32,000 nucleotides of DNA from contig NZ_LT934425.1 in assembly GCF_900232105.1 (NCBI RefSeq), positions 3,570,001-3,602,000 on the forward strand, given 5' to 3'. The translations under genes were made by a program, and so were the position numbers. The stretch comes from Candidatus Kuenenia stuttgartensis. Its GTDB lineage: Bacteria > Planctomycetota > Brocadiia > Brocadiales > Brocadiaceae. The notes under the pieces were generated by a model. The model was not told the DNA's origin. It ran no database searches and saw only the letters and a program-made list of their open reading frames with translations. Shown in pieces: positions 21,142 to 29,563 of the stretch (positions are counted from its first letter, which is position 1; each line of letters opens with the position of its first letter).

Positions 21142-21212
21142 TAGGGGCGAAGCATTTGTCCGTTTGGGTATTAACACCTTCATGACAATTTACGGCAAAT
21201 GCTTCGCCCCTA
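21142..21212. repeat. Inverted repeat with perfect 17-bp arms
   Basis: TAGGGGCGAAGCATTTG (21142-21158) ... CAAATGCTTCGCCCCTA (21196-21212). A related single arm, TAGGGACGAAGCATTTG, occurs near 1299. Confidence 0.75.
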
Positions 21213-21790
21213 TTTTTTCAAAGAACCAAATTATTACGAAAAAAAGGTATTTGTATTTTGCCGTAATAAAGTAAAGATTTATCAATAAAACCGGGAAAAG
21301 ACGCTGCTTGCTTTTTTTACTTTCTGTCCAAGATCAATTCACACCTTTAAAATCATAGAGAGGCAGTAATGTGCGCTTTGTGGTTTTCTTGCTACACACC
21401 TTTGACGTTTGCTGCAAATTTACTGAAAAGCGCACAGAAATGCCAAAAATCCGACACTATTAAAAAATGCGTTGTGTATCAGTTGTAACCGAATGTAGTT
21501 TTCCAAATAACGTTTTGAGTGAAATGTAGGGTGCGCCCTACTCGCTAAATTCAACCCCCTGCTCCCGCCCTGGCCTTTACCCAAGCAGTTTAATTTTTTG
21601 GGAATAACATATGTTTTGTTTTATGAAGCTCCAAGATGTTAAATTTTATGTCCAAATGGCAAGAAGCATTTAGTCGGGGGCGGCATCTGTCTGGAAACAT
21701 AGCATTACATAACACAGCCCCGAACATAACCTGGCTTCCCGCCGGACAGGGGTATATCTTAACGCGGTATTACGCGGGAGAATATTTATA

Positions 21791-24397
21791 ATGCGGAAAA
21801 TAATAATCATACTTTCATCTGTTTTTGTTTTTCTTTTAATAGCAGTGATTGCAGCGCCCTTTGTAATTGACCTAAATAAGTATAAAGACAGGATAATTAC
21901 ACTTGCAAAGCCATATCTGAATCGGGAGTTTGATTTTGCTGATGTTAAACTTACCCTAATAAGCGGCTTGGGGGTAGAAATCAATGGACTGCGTATTGCG
22001 GACAATCCGGAATTTGGAAGTGAAGATTTTCTGTCTTTGCAGAGTCTTCGCATAAAGGTGGCGTTGTTTCCGTTATTAAAGAAAAAGATACAAATCAAAA
22101 AGTTGATCATGGATGAACCTGTTGTGCGCCTGGTTCGGAATTCAAATGGGGTGTTTAATTTTTCTGATATGGCAAGTGATGCCGAAGAAGACGAAAAGCC
22201 GCAGGCAAAGGATGAAAAGAGAAAAGAAAAAAAATCAGGGAGTGAAAAAAAACCTGATAGCGAACACAACATTTTTCTGGCAGGATTAATGGTTTCCCAA
22301 TTCACCTTACACAGTGGGCAAATACATTTTTTGGATAATTTTGTTCCTGATGCACCGGTGACGATGGTTTTTGATTCATTAAATATAGAATTAAAAAATG
22401 TGTCTTTGTATAAACCGATACGGATATATGCATCAGCCGGTTTACAGGGGACAACAGAGCAAAATCTTCTTATAAAGGGCATGGTCGGACCAGTAGGAGA
22501 TAATATGGATCTTGTGGGTCTTGCTATGGACATTCACGTTTCCGTCCAAAATGTATTTCTCCACAAATTTGTCCCCTATATTCCCGATGGTTTAATGCTA
22601 TCCCCCCTTGAAGGAATCTTATACATGACGGCAAATATAAAGGGCTCTGTTCATTCAGGATTGGATTTAGAGTCTGTGATTCAGGGCGAAAAACTTGTAA
22701 TGTCCATAAAAGACTCTGATGAAAAAATACAAAACGTAAATATTACACTGAAAGAAAAGATCAAATATGATGACAGAAAAGGGGATATCGGTTTTCAGCA
22801 ATTGGATTTGGCGTTGAATGATAACAATGTTTCATTGACGGGCACTATAGAAAATATAAAAACAGATCCGCAATGGGATGTAACCCTCATGGCAAAAATG
22901 AATGCACTTGACGAAGCGTTAGCACTATACCCTGTCTTTAAAGAAGCGTTGCCGCAAGATTTTCGATTCACAGGACCTTTAAACATGGAGATAACTTCAA
23001 GCGGAAGTAAGGATGCTATGCAAATATCCGGGCATACGGATATGACGAGAGCGGAAATACTCTATGGAGAGGTATTTAAGAAGCAAAAAAATATCCCATT
23101 TCAAATATCTCTAAAAGCAAATAAAATTGCAGATATCATTCAACTGGAGGCTTTTGCAGTTAATTTGCAAAATGCATCCCTTAATAGTTCTGGTTCGATA
23201 GAAGATATGGTAAACCCTCGTTTTGATTTGGTGAGTACCGCGAATGAATTTTCGTTGAAGGGATGGGATGCAATTGTTCCTTTGTTGAAAGAATATGAGC
23301 CGGAGGGTTCGGTTAGTATTAAGAATTATATGAAAGGTAATTTTGATGACGCATTCGTGAATCTACACGTTTCATCCCCTAAACTTTTGTTTAAATTCCC
23401 CGCATCTTCTGATAAGAAAGAAGATGAAAATACGAAACAACGTAAAGATGTTGCCGAATCGATTCGTTTTGAACTATTGGCAAAGAAGCTGGCGGACAAT
23501 ATCACAGCAGACGGGGGGCTTGAAATGGGAAATGGAACTATATTGGATATTAATTTTGAAGAAGCGAAGGGGAAATATAGTTTCCAGGATGATATTTTGA
23601 AAATACAGAGCTTTCAAATGCGTACCTTTGAGGGAGATATTTCACTTACAGGAAACTATGACTCCAAAAGCATGCAGTGGGATGCAAGCCCTATAATAAA
23701 TGCAGTAAGGATAGATGGCGTTGTTGATGCTTTTACTCAATACCGCGGTATGATGAAAGGAGTTTTTTCCGGATCGTTTGACATGGGCGGTTCTCTGGGG
23801 AAAAACGATAAAATGGTAACGAATGCTAATGGATCGTTTCGTTTGTTACAAGGAGAGATCGAAAACGTAAATTTAATGGAAACGATAATAGATTCTCTTT
23901 TGGGGATAAAAGAAGTTTACAAATATGCAGGGGAAAAGAAAGATGTGTTGGAAAAATATGATGTAACACGATTTGATTCTCTCGACGGTGAATTTTCTCT
24001 TTTAAATGATATGCTTGATTTAAAAAAGTGTTATCTGGAAAATATTTATACCCCTGATGTTCCAGGTTCAGACGCAAAGCTAAAGGGGGATATCAATTTT
24101 GATACCGGGAAACTTGATTTAAGCGGCAAAGTTATATTGTCTTCTGAACATTCAGAAAAGTTGACCAAAAAAGCTAAACCTTTAAAGGCGCTTCTCAATG
24201 AAAAGGGGAATATTGTCTTGCCCGTTACCGTTACCGGGACGATGAGTAATCCAAAACCATTGTTGGATACAAGTTATGTACTCAATGCGATGATGAATTA
24301 TTATGGAAAGGAAGAACTCGAAAAGGGATTGGATAAGTTAAAAGGAAAACTTGGTCTGGAAAAGCTTGGCCTGGAAAAATTATGGCAAAAGGATTAA
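21791..24397 (+). CDS. AsmA-family outer-membrane-biogenesis protein
   Basis: 868 aa; N-terminal TM, LNREFDFADVKLTLISGLGVEINGLRIADNPEF, C-terminal AsmA-like LKGDINFDTGKLDLSGKVILS. Confidence 0.85.
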   Translation: MRKIIIILSSVFVFLLIAVIAAPFVIDLNKYKDRIITLAKPYLNREFDFADVKLTLISGLGVEINGLRIADNPEFGSEDFLSLQSLRIKVALFPLLKKKIQIKKLIMDEPVVRLVRNSNGVFNFSDMASDAEEDEKPQAKDEKRKEKKSGSEKKPDSEHNIFLAGLMVSQFTLHSGQIHFLDNFVPDAPVTMVFDSLNIELKNVSLYKPIRIYASAGLQGTTEQNLLIKGMVGPVGDNMDLVGLAMDIHVSVQNVFLHKFVPYIPDGLMLSPLEGILYMTANIKGSVHSGLDLESVIQGEKLVMSIKDSDEKIQNVNITLKEKIKYDDRKGDIGFQQLDLALNDNNVSLTGTIENIKTDPQWDVTLMAKMNALDEALALYPVFKEALPQDFRFTGPLNMEITSSGSKDAMQISGHTDMTRAEILYGEVFKKQKNIPFQISLKANKIADIIQLEAFAVNLQNASLNSSGSIEDMVNPRFDLVSTANEFSLKGWDAIVPLLKEYEPEGSVSIKNYMKGNFDDAFVNLHVSSPKLLFKFPASSDKKEDENTKQRKDVAESIRFELLAKKLADNITADGGLEMGNGTILDINFEEAKGKYSFQDDILKIQSFQMRTFEGDISLTGNYDSKSMQWDASPIINAVRIDGVVDAFTQYRGMMKGVFSGSFDMGGSLGKNDKMVTNANGSFRLLQGEIENVNLMETIIDSLLGIKEVYKYAGEKKDVLEKYDVTRFDSLDGEFSLLNDMLDLKKCYLENIYTPDVPGSDAKLKGDINFDTGKLDLSGKVILSSEHSEKLTKKAKPLKALLNEKGNIVLPVTVTGTMSNPKPLLDTSYVLNAMMNYYGKEELEKGLDKLKGKLGLEKLGLEKLWQKD

Positions 24398-24470
24398 AGA
24401 TTAATACTGATTTAAAAGAAGAGAAAAACAGACCGTTCCGCTAAAGCGAATAAAGAAGTCTGCACTTTAC

Positions 24471-24505
24471 TGTTTAAGCACCTCATTCATACTGCCGCTA
24501 CGGTA
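24471..24505 (-). pseudogene. Relic of the larE 3' end (encodes YRSGSMNEVLKQ-stop)
   Basis: 35-nt exact duplicate (TGTTTAAGCACCTCATTCATACTGCCGCTACGGTA) of 28693-28727; the stop codon is also preserved (AAACAGTAA vs AAACAATAA). Confidence 0.8.
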
Positions 24506-24579
24506 CCTTTTAGCTACCTATTCTACACAATAATTATCAATATAAGGGAATCCCAATGAACACGTTAGGTTAAAACTTA

Positions 24580-25960
24580 GCCTCATCCGCAGAATCTGTG
24601 GGTAAGTATTGGTTCCGGCAAATTACCAAGAGTATGATACAAGGCTGTTTGCAGGCATTCCAGAGATTTATAACCATAAGCCTTTCTCATAGTCAGTTTC
24701 GCCTTAAGGTTAAACCCCTCAACCGTACCGGAAGAAAGTCTGCCATCAGCCTTGAACCAGTTGAGAATGAGCTGCTTGTGATTGCGCAACATCTTTGCCA
24801 CTTTTTTCATAGGTTCCAGGTTGGTTTTTAGGGTTCTCGTAATCCAGTTCTCGAGAAACCTGTCTGCATACGCCGGATACTTATACTCCCAAAAACGCTG
24901 AAAATCTTCACGCATTAAATATGCCTTTATTGAACTCAGGTTGATCTTAACTATCTGGCTTAACCGTACCGTTTGCTTTTCTGTCAAGTTCTCAGGCCTT
25001 TTCAACAGTAACCAACGGCTCTTTTCCAAAACATTGTCTGTGCCTTCATCCTTGAGCTTTTTGACCTCTTCCCTCCGTATCTGGTCTATGGCTTCATTGA
25101 ATTTCTTCATGATGTGGAAACGGTCAAGAATATTAAGCGCCTGGGAAGCCTTCTTCGCTATCACCTTCAGGTACGGCGACCACATATCGCTGCAAACGAA
25201 TTTGATTCTCAGACAACGTTCTATACCTAACTCCATGAAAAACTTCCGCAGGGTCTTTGCCTTCCGCTCAGGGCCACTCCATAAAAGCCTTTTGGCATGC
25301 GAATCAAGCTGATATACAAGGGTTAAATACTTGTGGCCACTCCAGACTTGTATCTCGTCTATTCCTATTTCCGTTATATTCTCCAAGTCCCTGTGGGCAA
25401 GGCCGTAGGCAACTACAAACTGCACTGCCCTATACACACTGTCCCAACTGGACTTGAATATCTCGGCTGTCTCTTTCCAACTCAGGCGTTTAGCCCATCG
25501 AGACAGGAATACCTTGTATGTGGTGGTCATCTGCTCCTTACCTTCTGACCAGGGAATTCGCTCTACATGGATTCCGTCCACTGGACAGGCGGCGCGTCGC
25601 GGGGAATATCGGAAAAATACTTGAAACCCCCATAATGGCGGATACTCGTATAACCGGGACGGCTGTGTATCATACCCAGACACTCTCTTCCCACATACTG
25701 AACATTCAGGCTTGGCATTTACCCTCGGCTTTATATCTGCTACTAATGCCTTTCTACCATTTATGACCTCGAAACTGACTGCTTTGTAAACAAATGACTT
25801 GAAATTCTCTACCGTATTTAATAATGTCTTTATCTGCATTGCCTCTCCTTTTGGGTTAAGATGCTTTCTTGATAAAAAACATCTTACTCCCTTTGGGATG
25901 GCAATGCACCTTTTCTCTTACTAATCCTTACTTATTACCCACAGATTCTGCGGACGAGCC
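24580..25960 (-). mobile_element. Complete ISL3-family insertion sequence, 1381 bp
   Basis: 26-bp TIRs with 24/26 identity (24580-24605 GCCTCATCCGCAGAATCTGTGGGTAA; reverse complement of 25935-25960 GGCTCGTCCGCAGAATCTGTGGGTAA). 8-bp direct repeat AAAACTTA at 24572-24579 and 25961-25968. Confidence 0.95.
24583..25839 (-). CDS. ISL3-family transposase
   Basis: N-terminal CxxC (PECSVCGKRV) and DDE-type core (GIDEIQVWSGHKYLTLVYQLD, FVCSDMWSPYLKVI, LDRFHIMKKFNEAIDQIRR). C-terminus and stop codon lie within the left TIR. Confidence 0.95.
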   Translation of the reverse strand: MQIKTLLNTVENFKSFVYKAVSFEVINGRKALVADIKPRVNAKPECSVCGKRVSGYDTQPSRLYEYPPLWGFQVFFRYSPRRAACPVDGIHVERIPWSEGKEQMTTTYKVFLSRWAKRLSWKETAEIFKSSWDSVYRAVQFVVAYGLAHRDLENITEIGIDEIQVWSGHKYLTLVYQLDSHAKRLLWSGPERKAKTLRKFFMELGIERCLRIKFVCSDMWSPYLKVIAKKASQALNILDRFHIMKKFNEAIDQIRREEVKKLKDEGTDNVLEKSRWLLLKRPENLTEKQTVRLSQIVKINLSSIKAYLMREDFQRFWEYKYPAYADRFLENWITRTLKTNLEPMKKVAKMLRNHKQLILNWFKADGRLSSGTVEGFNLKAKLTMRKAYGYKSLECLQTALYHTLGNLPEPILTHRFCG

Positions 25961-26194
25961 AAAACTTAAAGGGTTAAAAGACGAATTAATCAAAACAGAC
26001 AGTAACCCTTGAAGCATGAGAAGAAAAAAACATTTAGATTGTGATGAAAAAGACGAAAAGAAAATAAAATGCGAAAAATGAGTTTCAGACGTTCATCCGA
26101 TAAAATCTAGCAAGGCGGAACCACAGATTTCGCAGATTACGCAGACAAAAAGATGCGAATTAATCTTTGGCATTATTCAAACAGGAGGTATAGA

Positions 26195-26470
26195 ATGCAA
26201 GGAACGAGGTATATTCTCAGTGAGTATGTGGAACAAGCTATGGCACAAGCCCTTTACGACAAGCTTGAAGATAGTACATTTTCAGGCCGTATTCCTGTTT
26301 GTAAAGGGGTTGTGGCGTTTGGTACTACATTGCACCAGTGTGAGGACGAATTACGTTCAACACTTGAAGATTGGATTTTGGTTGGGTTGAAATTTGGCCA
26401 TACTTTACCAGTGATTAGAGGTATCGATTTGAATAAGGAGCCAACCCGTGAGCCGATGGACGCCCTGTAA
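26195..26470 (+). CDS. hicB: HicB-family antitoxin
   Basis: AGGAGG SD; FSGRIPVCKGVVAFGTTLHQCEDELRSTLEDWILVGLKFGHTLPVI is the HicB_like partial RNase-H-fold signature. Confidence 0.85.
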   Translation: MQGTRYILSEYVEQAMAQALYDKLEDSTFSGRIPVCKGVVAFGTTLHQCEDELRSTLEDWILVGLKFGHTLPVIRGIDLNKEPTREPMDAL

Positions 26471-26678
26471 ACGGAGAGATTTTATTCGCCGTTTACGAAA
26501 ACTCGGTTTTGACGGTCCTTTTTCTGGAACCAGACACAAGTTTATTGTCTATCAACAATACTGTCTCACTATTCCGTCTAATGATGAGTATTCAGTGCCT
26601 CAACTTCGTATGATGATAAGGGAAGCGGAAGAAATAATAGGTAGTGAAATTACCGTTGATGAATGGAATCGTTTGTAA
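26448..26678 (+). CDS. hicA: HicA/YcfA-family mRNA interferase toxin
   Basis: KRRDFIRRLRKLGFDGPFSGTRHKFIVYQQYCLTIPSNDEYSVPQLRMMIREAEEI with conserved GTRH catalytic His; overlaps the antitoxin gene. Confidence 0.88.
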   Translation: MSRWTPCKRRDFIRRLRKLGFDGPFSGTRHKFIVYQQYCLTIPSNDEYSVPQLRMMIREAEEIIGSEITVDEWNRL

Positions 26679-26898
26679 AAATAACAAATATATTCCCATG
26701 AATGGACTTTCAGATATGCCTATTGTTGAAAGGTATACCAAAAAGTTTTGTAACTATTAAGCGTAAACCCCGGCGGGTTCATGTTTGCAAACCTGATAAT
26801 CATATAGAAGGCACCTCCGAGCGCACTCTTCATGGTAAAATGGAGGATACCGTGAAAGGCGATTGTTAAATAATAACAAAGTAAGGAGGGAGCGAGCA

Positions 26899-27915
26899 AT
26901 GGGATATTTCGTAGGAATAGATTTACATGGTGATAATAATTATATTGGAATACTCGATGAGGAGGATCGGAAGGTATTCAAGAGGAGAAACCGTAATGAC
27001 ATCAATGAAATAAAGCGCGTATTAGAGCCATACAAAAAAGAAATAAAGGGTATAGTAGTAGAATCGACCTTTAACTGGTACTGGATAGTGGATGGTCTGA
27101 TGGAGGCAGGCTATCAGGTACACCTGGCAAATACATCGGCAATGCAGCAGTATGAGGGATTAAAGTACATTGACGACACGAGGGATTCGTTTTGGTTGGC
27201 AAAGATGTTACGGTTAAAGATATTACCAGAGGGATATATTTATCCCAAAGAGACGCGGTCAGTGAGGGATTTACTGAGGAAGCGGATGATGTTGGTACAA
27301 CAAAGGACAGCGCATATATTGAGTATGCAAACGATGGTAAACCGTAACAAAGGAGTACCGATAAGCGGTGATACGATAAAGAAGCTGAGTAACGAAGAGG
27401 TAATGGGGATGTTCAGCGACGTGCATTTGACCATGTCAGCACAGTGCGATCACGAGGTAATAGAGGTATTAAATAAGCAGATATACAAGATAGAGAAAGC
27501 GGTATTAAAGGAGGTGAAGCTAAAGAAGCCGTATAAGAAATTGCTCAAGGTGCCTGGGATAGGCGAAATCCTGGCAATGACGATAATGCTGGAGACTGGG
27601 AACATAGAGCGATTTAGTGATGTGGGGATGTATTCATCTTATTGCAGATGCGTATCGGCAAAAAAATTATCGAATGGTAAGAGCAAAGGGAAAGGAAACC
27701 GTAAGAACGGGAATAAATACCTTGCGTGGGCGTATGTGGAGGCAGCGCATTTTCACGTAAGATTTTGCGAAAAGGGAAGGAAATGGCATCAGAGGAAGGC
27801 GTCAAAGAGCCATGTAGTTCTGGCAACGAAAGCCTTGAGCAATAAGCTGGCCAGGGCATGTTATTACATAATAAAGGAGCAAGTAAACTACGACGAGAAA
27901 AAAATGTTTGGGTAG
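26899..27915 (+). CDS. IS110-family transposase (DEDD + Tnp_20 domains)
   Basis: N-terminal YFVGIDLHGDNNYIGILDEED and C-terminal LLKVPGIGEILAMTIMLETGNIERFSDVGMYSSYCRC motifs. GGAGG SD before ATG 26899. Confidence 0.93.
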   Translation: MGYFVGIDLHGDNNYIGILDEEDRKVFKRRNRNDINEIKRVLEPYKKEIKGIVVESTFNWYWIVDGLMEAGYQVHLANTSAMQQYEGLKYIDDTRDSFWLAKMLRLKILPEGYIYPKETRSVRDLLRKRMMLVQQRTAHILSMQTMVNRNKGVPISGDTIKKLSNEEVMGMFSDVHLTMSAQCDHEVIEVLNKQIYKIEKAVLKEVKLKKPYKKLLKVPGIGEILAMTIMLETGNIERFSDVGMYSSYCRCVSAKKLSNGKSKGKGNRKNGNKYLAWAYVEAAHFHVRFCEKGRKWHQRKASKSHVVLATKALSNKLARACYYIIKEQVNYDEKKMFG

Positions 27916-28350
27916 CAAGCAGATTAGGTGGTGCAAGGAACCGGTTGCGGGTTAGGTAACCAATCCATGAAACCTGATTGGAAGTTGTTCCACCTTTTAT
28001 TATGAGTTGTGCCGGTAAAGGAATCGGCGAAAAAGAATATTCCATTCTGATCTGCCCATACCATGAGCCGTGAGGTTTTGGCCGTAGAGCCGAATATTCT
28101 GTGAATAACGATTGGACACTGGTATGGAACCGATGGTTTTCTGGGACAGAAGATAAGTCAGGGGCGGTGAGAAAGTCTTTCACAAAGCCTTGATCCCGAT
28201 GGGTGAATGGTGCGGATGAGAACGATACCAAAACAATTGCGAAATACCACGGGCGTAGATAAACGTGAACGGTATAGTCATTTTCGTAAACAGCAGTAAG
28301 AGCGATTCCGTACTTGGAGGGGTATTCAAAACGTGAAAATGTAGATATTT
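27916..28350 (+). ncRNA. Candidate bridge RNA region of the IS110/IS1111-type element
   Basis: ORF-poor right end with local stems (CCAATC/GATTGG at 27960-27981, an outer GGTGG/CCACC pairing) and an 8-mer AAAGCCTT (28184-28191) matching the bottom strand across the predicted insertion junction. Inference from family biology. Confidence 0.4.
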
Positions 28351-28365
28351 TTGCGACCGGAGATA

Positions 28366-28427
28366 TTTTGTCCTTGACAAAAGCCTTCTAATGAGTGAAC
28401 CCGCCGGGAGCCGTGTAATGTTTACGC
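28366..28427. repeat. Truncated copy of the REP-like palindromic repeat
   Basis: TTTTGTCCTTGACAAAAGCCTTCTAATGAGTGAACC matches the right part of 6998-7052, then runs into CGCCGGGAGCCGTGTAATGTTTACGCTG, the reverse complement of the 6971-6999-type flank. Confidence 0.8.
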
Positions 28428-28495
28428 TGAATAGTTACATTATTTGAAACATATTTCTATAATATAGTCAAACAAATAAGGTTTTCGAAAAATTT

Positions 28496-28568
28496 ACACA
28501 CCCCCGGCCCCTCTTTTTAGAGGGGAGATAAGAAGTCCCCTCTATCAAGAGGGGATTTAGGGGTGTGT
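28496..28568. repeat. Nested hairpins downstream of larE (possible terminator or repeat)
   Basis: Outer ACACACCCC/GGGGTGTGT (28496-28504, 28560-28568) encloses hairpins CCCCTCTTTTTAGAGGGG (28508-28525) and CCCCTCTATCAAGAGGGG (28537-28554). Confidence 0.65.
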
Positions 28569-28688
28569 TTGATAATATGCCTAGTCAAATAAATCTGTTT
28601 TTTAGAAAGCCATTTTATCGCCAAATCTCTAAAATCATATTTGTTTGGCTATAAATACCATTGTGAAGGATAATCGAAAAGTATGTAC

Positions 28689-29507
28689 TTATTGTTTAAG
28701 CACCTCATTCATACTGCCGCTACGGTATCCTTCTACATCGAGAGTGACGTATTTGTAACCTATTTCCTTGAATGTATTGATTAATTCAGTTCTTTTGCCG
28801 TTTTGTAATAATTTGAGAAAATCTTCCGGCAGTATCTCAATTCTTGCTATGGTATCGTGATGCCTGACGCGAAATTGTCGCAGCCCAATGCTTCGCAAAT
28901 AATCTTCTGCGGCGGCAACGAGAACTAATTTGTCTTCAGTAATGGCTTCTCCATATGGGAAGCGGGATGACATGCAGGCGTATGACGGTTTATCCCAGTT
29001 TGAGAGAAGGAGGTATTTTGATATTTCGCGTATGTCGGACTTCCTGAATCCGAGGTCTTTTAAAGGGCTGCGTACGCTGAGTTCCTTTGCAGCTTCAAGC
29101 CCGGGCCTGTGTTCACTTGTATCGTCAAAATTGGCGCCATCCACAACATTCTTGAATCCTTGTGCCCTTGCAATGTCTTTCAGTTTTCCAAATAATTCCG
29201 ATTTGCAAAAATAGCACCGGTTCGTGGGATTTTCCGCAAAGCCCTTAATATTAAGTTCGCTGGTATGGATGGTCATATGGGAGATACCAATCTCCTTTGC
29301 TATTTTTGTCGCCTCTTCATATTCAAAGGCGGGATATGTTTCTGAACGGGCAGTGACTGCCATAGCTTTTCCGCCTAAAACATCAAAACAAACTTTCGCG
29401 ACAAGCGAGCTGTCCACTCCTCCTGAAAAAGCAACAACAACACTTTCCAATGCCTCTGCATAGTTTCTTAATTTATTAAGTTTTTCTTTCGTATCCATAC
29501 TACTCAA
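28689..29507 (-). CDS. larE: LarE-like ATP-dependent sacrificial sulfur transferase
   Basis: PP-loop VVAFSGGVDSSLVAK, NPTNRCYFCKSELF cysteine motif, DDTSEHRPGLEAAKEL. Confidence 0.9.
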   Translation of the reverse strand: MSSMDTKEKLNKLRNYAEALESVVVAFSGGVDSSLVAKVCFDVLGGKAMAVTARSETYPAFEYEEATKIAKEIGISHMTIHTSELNIKGFAENPTNRCYFCKSELFGKLKDIARAQGFKNVVDGANFDDTSEHRPGLEAAKELSVRSPLKDLGFRKSDIREISKYLLLSNWDKPSYACMSSRFPYGEAITEDKLVLVAAAEDYLRSIGLRQFRVRHHDTIARIEILPEDFLKLLQNGKRTELINTFKEIGYKYVTLDVEGYRSGSMNEVLKQ

Positions 29508-29563
29508 CTGTGATCAAATTTTTAATTTCAGCAAGGTGTATTTGAATATATTCCACTGAAAAT

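Larger units (their letters stand above)
26813..28365 (+). mobile_element. IS110/IS1111-type insertion sequence, predicted ends
   Basis: IS110-family transposase, subterminal imperfect inverted repeats (CTCCGAGCGCA 26815-26825; TGCGACCGGAG 28352-28362, 9/11) and flanking halves of a REP-like repeat (compare 6971-7052). Ends are inferred. Confidence 0.65.

Noticed and set aside
21670-22533. 287-aa minus-strand ORF overlapping the AsmA gene start
   Set aside because: Antisense to a well-supported CDS with low-complexity Ser/Phe-rich translation; likely fortuitous.
24564-25766. Several 66-123-aa plus-strand ORFs inside the IS
   Set aside because: Antisense to the ISL3 transposase with no independent support.
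27614-28231. 205-aa minus-strand ORF spanning the transposase 3' end and right-end region
   Set aside because: Overlaps the IS110 transposase and has no recognisable domain. It spans the candidate ncRNA, so a coding interpretation cannot be fully excluded but is weaker.
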